Assembly (NCBI GenBank): GCA_043228905.1
Contig: JBHGNT010000017.1
Location: forward strand, 2,914,001-2,978,000
Source of the DNA: Azolla caroliniana
Taxonomy: Eukaryota > Plantae > Polypodiophyta
Direction of reading: 5' to 3'
DNA length: 64,000 nt
This document shows positions 61,564 through 64,000 of this stretch, piece after piece (the first letter of the stretch is position 1; every line of letters starts with the position of its first letter). The notes beneath the pieces were generated by a model that was not told where the DNA came from, did no database searches, and was given only the letters and a program-made list of their open reading frames with translations. The translations under genes were made by a program, and so were the position numbers.

Positions 61564-62280
61564 TGTCGCGTTGTTACGCACGTGCGTGTAGAAGGGCGGG
61601 ACCACGGGGGTCTTGGACTAGGGAGTATTGGAGCGTAGGAAGTCGGGCTTCACCGTTCCCGGGGCATCTCAGAAGCACACCGGAAGCAACCGAGGGGAGA
61701 GAGAGAGAGCGCGCTTAACACCGACTCACGCACACACACACATGCTAACCCGCCTCGCGCCCTCATGTACAGGAAACGCAGGAAAGGGGAAACACCCGAC
61801 ACGAACATAGACGCGAATATACACAGACAGACGCAAACATATATATATGTATAAACAGAAGAATACATTCCCGGCTTCGAGCCGGACCGAGGTAGGTTAC
61901 AGTAGTCGTCTGCTGCCAAGCCGCCGTCGGGGAGCTCTCGGGCTCGTCGCGCCGAGCAGGGTCTTGCACAAGAGATAAGCTGCAGCAAACCCTAAGTGAA
62001 CACGAAGGGGAAGAAGAAGAAGAAGCTAACTCTAAACCTAAAGGTATACCCTCTAATGCAAAATGGGCAACCCCTCCACAAAAGGCGTTCCCTTCCCTTT
62101 ACAATGTGGGACAAATCCCGGCTTTCATGGGATCGTCTGTCCCGACTTGACTACTCTTCGGCGCCATAAAGGCGCCCTCGATATTCACACTAAATGTACA
62201 TGGGTGCATACACACGTAGCACCCTGCCGATGTAGCCAATGTTTCCCGGTTTTCGCCTCTGGCCGAAATTCTTCACGACA
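61564..62280 (-). mobile_element. Solo LTR (family of 43022-43784) with non-matching flanks
   Basis: TGTCGCG...CTTCACGACA; left flank copia RT (ACGA), right flank gypsy integrase (ACGT). Confidence 0.9.
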
Positions 62281-62880
62281 ACGTAGTATGCCGATACGGG
62301 TGCGTAGGGAAGATCGTGGCTGACCGTGGTGAGCTGGATGCAGAAGAGGCCGAAGAGCTGTTCGACCGGCTAGGAGTCAAACTTTCGCTCACCACAGCGT
62401 TCAATCCGGAGGCGAATGGGAAGGTGGAGCGCGGACACGAGCCAATTGTCAAAGCGGAGGCCGAGTCGGGGACTGGCCACGGCTGCTACCTTATGCCTTG
62501 TGGGCAAACCGGACTACGCACAGTTCGATAACCGGGTTCATGCCGGCCAAGCTAATGTTCGGACAGAAGCCGATCATGCCAACAGAGCGAACGATCTCCT
62601 CGTGGGCCACGGTGGACTGGAGGGATGAGATGAGCCGGGAGGAACTGTTGGCGGCGCGGATTCGACAGCTCGAGCGGAGGCCAGAGGACGTAGAGCGAGC
62701 CGCGGAGAAACTTCGAGTAGCGAGGATAAGGAACAAAGCCCGGTTCGACCGAACACACCGGTCCAGGCCAAGGAAGATTGAGGAAGGAGACTGGGTGCTA
62801 GTCTACGACAGTAGCCTCGACAATCAGCACAGGACCACGCGGAAGTTTGCGAGGAGGTGGTTCGGGCCTTACGTAGTAAC
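62281..62880 (+). pseudogene. Gypsy integrase fragment
   Basis: ADRGELDAEEAEELFDRLG, NGKVER, RWFGPYVV. Confidence 0.9.
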
Positions 62881-62945
62881 TGTTGGGATTTCGGTCCCTC
62901 CGGATGGGATGTCCGGAGATGAATGACGGCAAGCCCGGTTGCGGT

Positions 62946-63085
62946 TACGGAGCCGGATGATGAATACCCCGGCTACGGAGCCGGATGATGAATACCCCGG
63001 CTACGGAGCCGGATGATGAAGACCCCGGTTACGGAGCCGGATGATGAAGACCCCGGTTACGGAGCCGGATGACGAATGTACCCGG
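62946..63085. repeat. Five tandem 28-bp units in LTR U3
   Basis: TACGGAGCCGGATGATGAA(T/G)ACCCCGG(C/T). Confidence 0.92.
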
Positions 63086-63552
63086 AGAGAGATCCGGATG
63101 CGGGGACATATTTGTGAATATGTTTGCCAAGGGCCCTTGAGGCTATATTTGTAAATAGCCCGAAAGTCATATGTGTATAAATATGACTTAGGGCAAATAG
63201 TTTTAGTTGTTGCTCATTTTTCATGAGAAGTGAGAGCAGCCGAGAGAGAGAGTGAGAGACGAAGAGGTCGTTGCCTCTGTGTATTACCGCCGCCTGTGGC
63301 GAAGACAGTGAGCTCAAGGTTGTTGCCTTGTAGCTTCACCAGTGTACATCCCTGTTCATAGTGATAGTTGGAGTTTGAGGACTCCCGTGGTTTTTCCCAT
63401 TTAGGGTTTTCCACGTAAAACATCCAGTGTACCTTTCTCTCTATTGTTTTGTGCATTTTCTATTTCCTGTCTTCTGTGAGTTGATCCCATTCCTCGGTTG
63501 TGGCCGAGCACTGTTTTTCGACAAACTGGTATCAGAGCGACTGTTGCAGAAA

Positions 63553-64000
63553 ATGGAAGGCGGCGGCAGCGGGCAGCCGATGATGATGGTGCTGAATGCA
63601 CAAAATTACGCCGACTGGAAGATCAAGATGGAGGACCTTCTGATTGTTCGGGACCTGTACGAACCGATTGACAGGTCGGAAATACCGAAAGGGGTACTTG
63701 AGTCGGAGTGGAAGCTCCTGAACCGGAAAGCCGTAGCGACGATCCGACAATACGTCGACGTGAGCGTCCTACAACATGTGGCAAACGACACCAACGCATA
63801 TGAGATGTGGAAGAAGCTGTCGGGCCTCTACGAGAGGAAGAATGCGTTGAACCGGACCTCCCTGATGAGGAAGATAGTGAATCTCAAGTACCAGGACGGC
63901 GAGAGTATGGTGGAACACGTAAGCACGTTCATGGGATTCGTGAATCAGCTTGCGGCGATCAAGTTCCCGTTGGAGGATGCAATGCAAGCCATCATCCTAA
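63553..64000 (+). CDS. Copia gag N-terminus (open to window end)
   Basis: MEGGGSGQPMMMVLNAQNYADWKIKMEDLL. Confidence 0.9.
   Translation, partial: MEGGGSGQPMMMVLNAQNYADWKIKMEDLLIVRDLYEPIDRSEIPKGVLESEWKLLNRKAVATIRQYVDVSVLQHVANDTNAYEMWKKLSGLYERKNALNRTSLMRKIVNLKYQDGESMVEHVSTFMGFVNQLAAIKFPLEDAMQAIIL

Larger units (their letters stand above)
62881..64000 (+). mobile_element. Copia 'H' 5' end (LTR 62881-63523, PBS 63527-63538), family of copia D
   Basis: TGTTGGG...TCGACA, TGGTATCAGAGC, gag nearly identical to copia D. Confidence 0.93.

Overview
Plant nuclear DNA, probably from a non-seed land plant (inferred from TE and LRR-RLP style). About 85% is nested LTR retrotransposons, surrounding an AT-rich island (~22-30 kb). 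The island holds a frameshifted LRR receptor-like protein gene, LINE fragments and an eIF4G/eIF(iso)4G MA3-domain pseudogene fragment. Nine Ty1/copia copies or remnants are present (tRNA-iMet PBS, 5-bp TSDs). They are interleaved with about ten insertions of a tRNA-Trp-primed Ty3/gypsy group made of pol-coding members, capsid-only non-autonomous members and solo LTRs. Main result: all ten readable insertion sites of this gypsy group have a 4-bp flank/TSD with a central CpG (nine are ACGN on one strand), whereas the copia sites do not, pointing to a CpG-targeting integration system. Other results: a tRNA-like Pol III cassette fixed in one gypsy LTR family; a conserved ~190-aa acidic/Arg-rich Pol extension and a PPT-enclosing hairpin in two copia families; and a flank-to-PPT gene-conversion footprint. 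Coordinates were read by eye; no searches were run.
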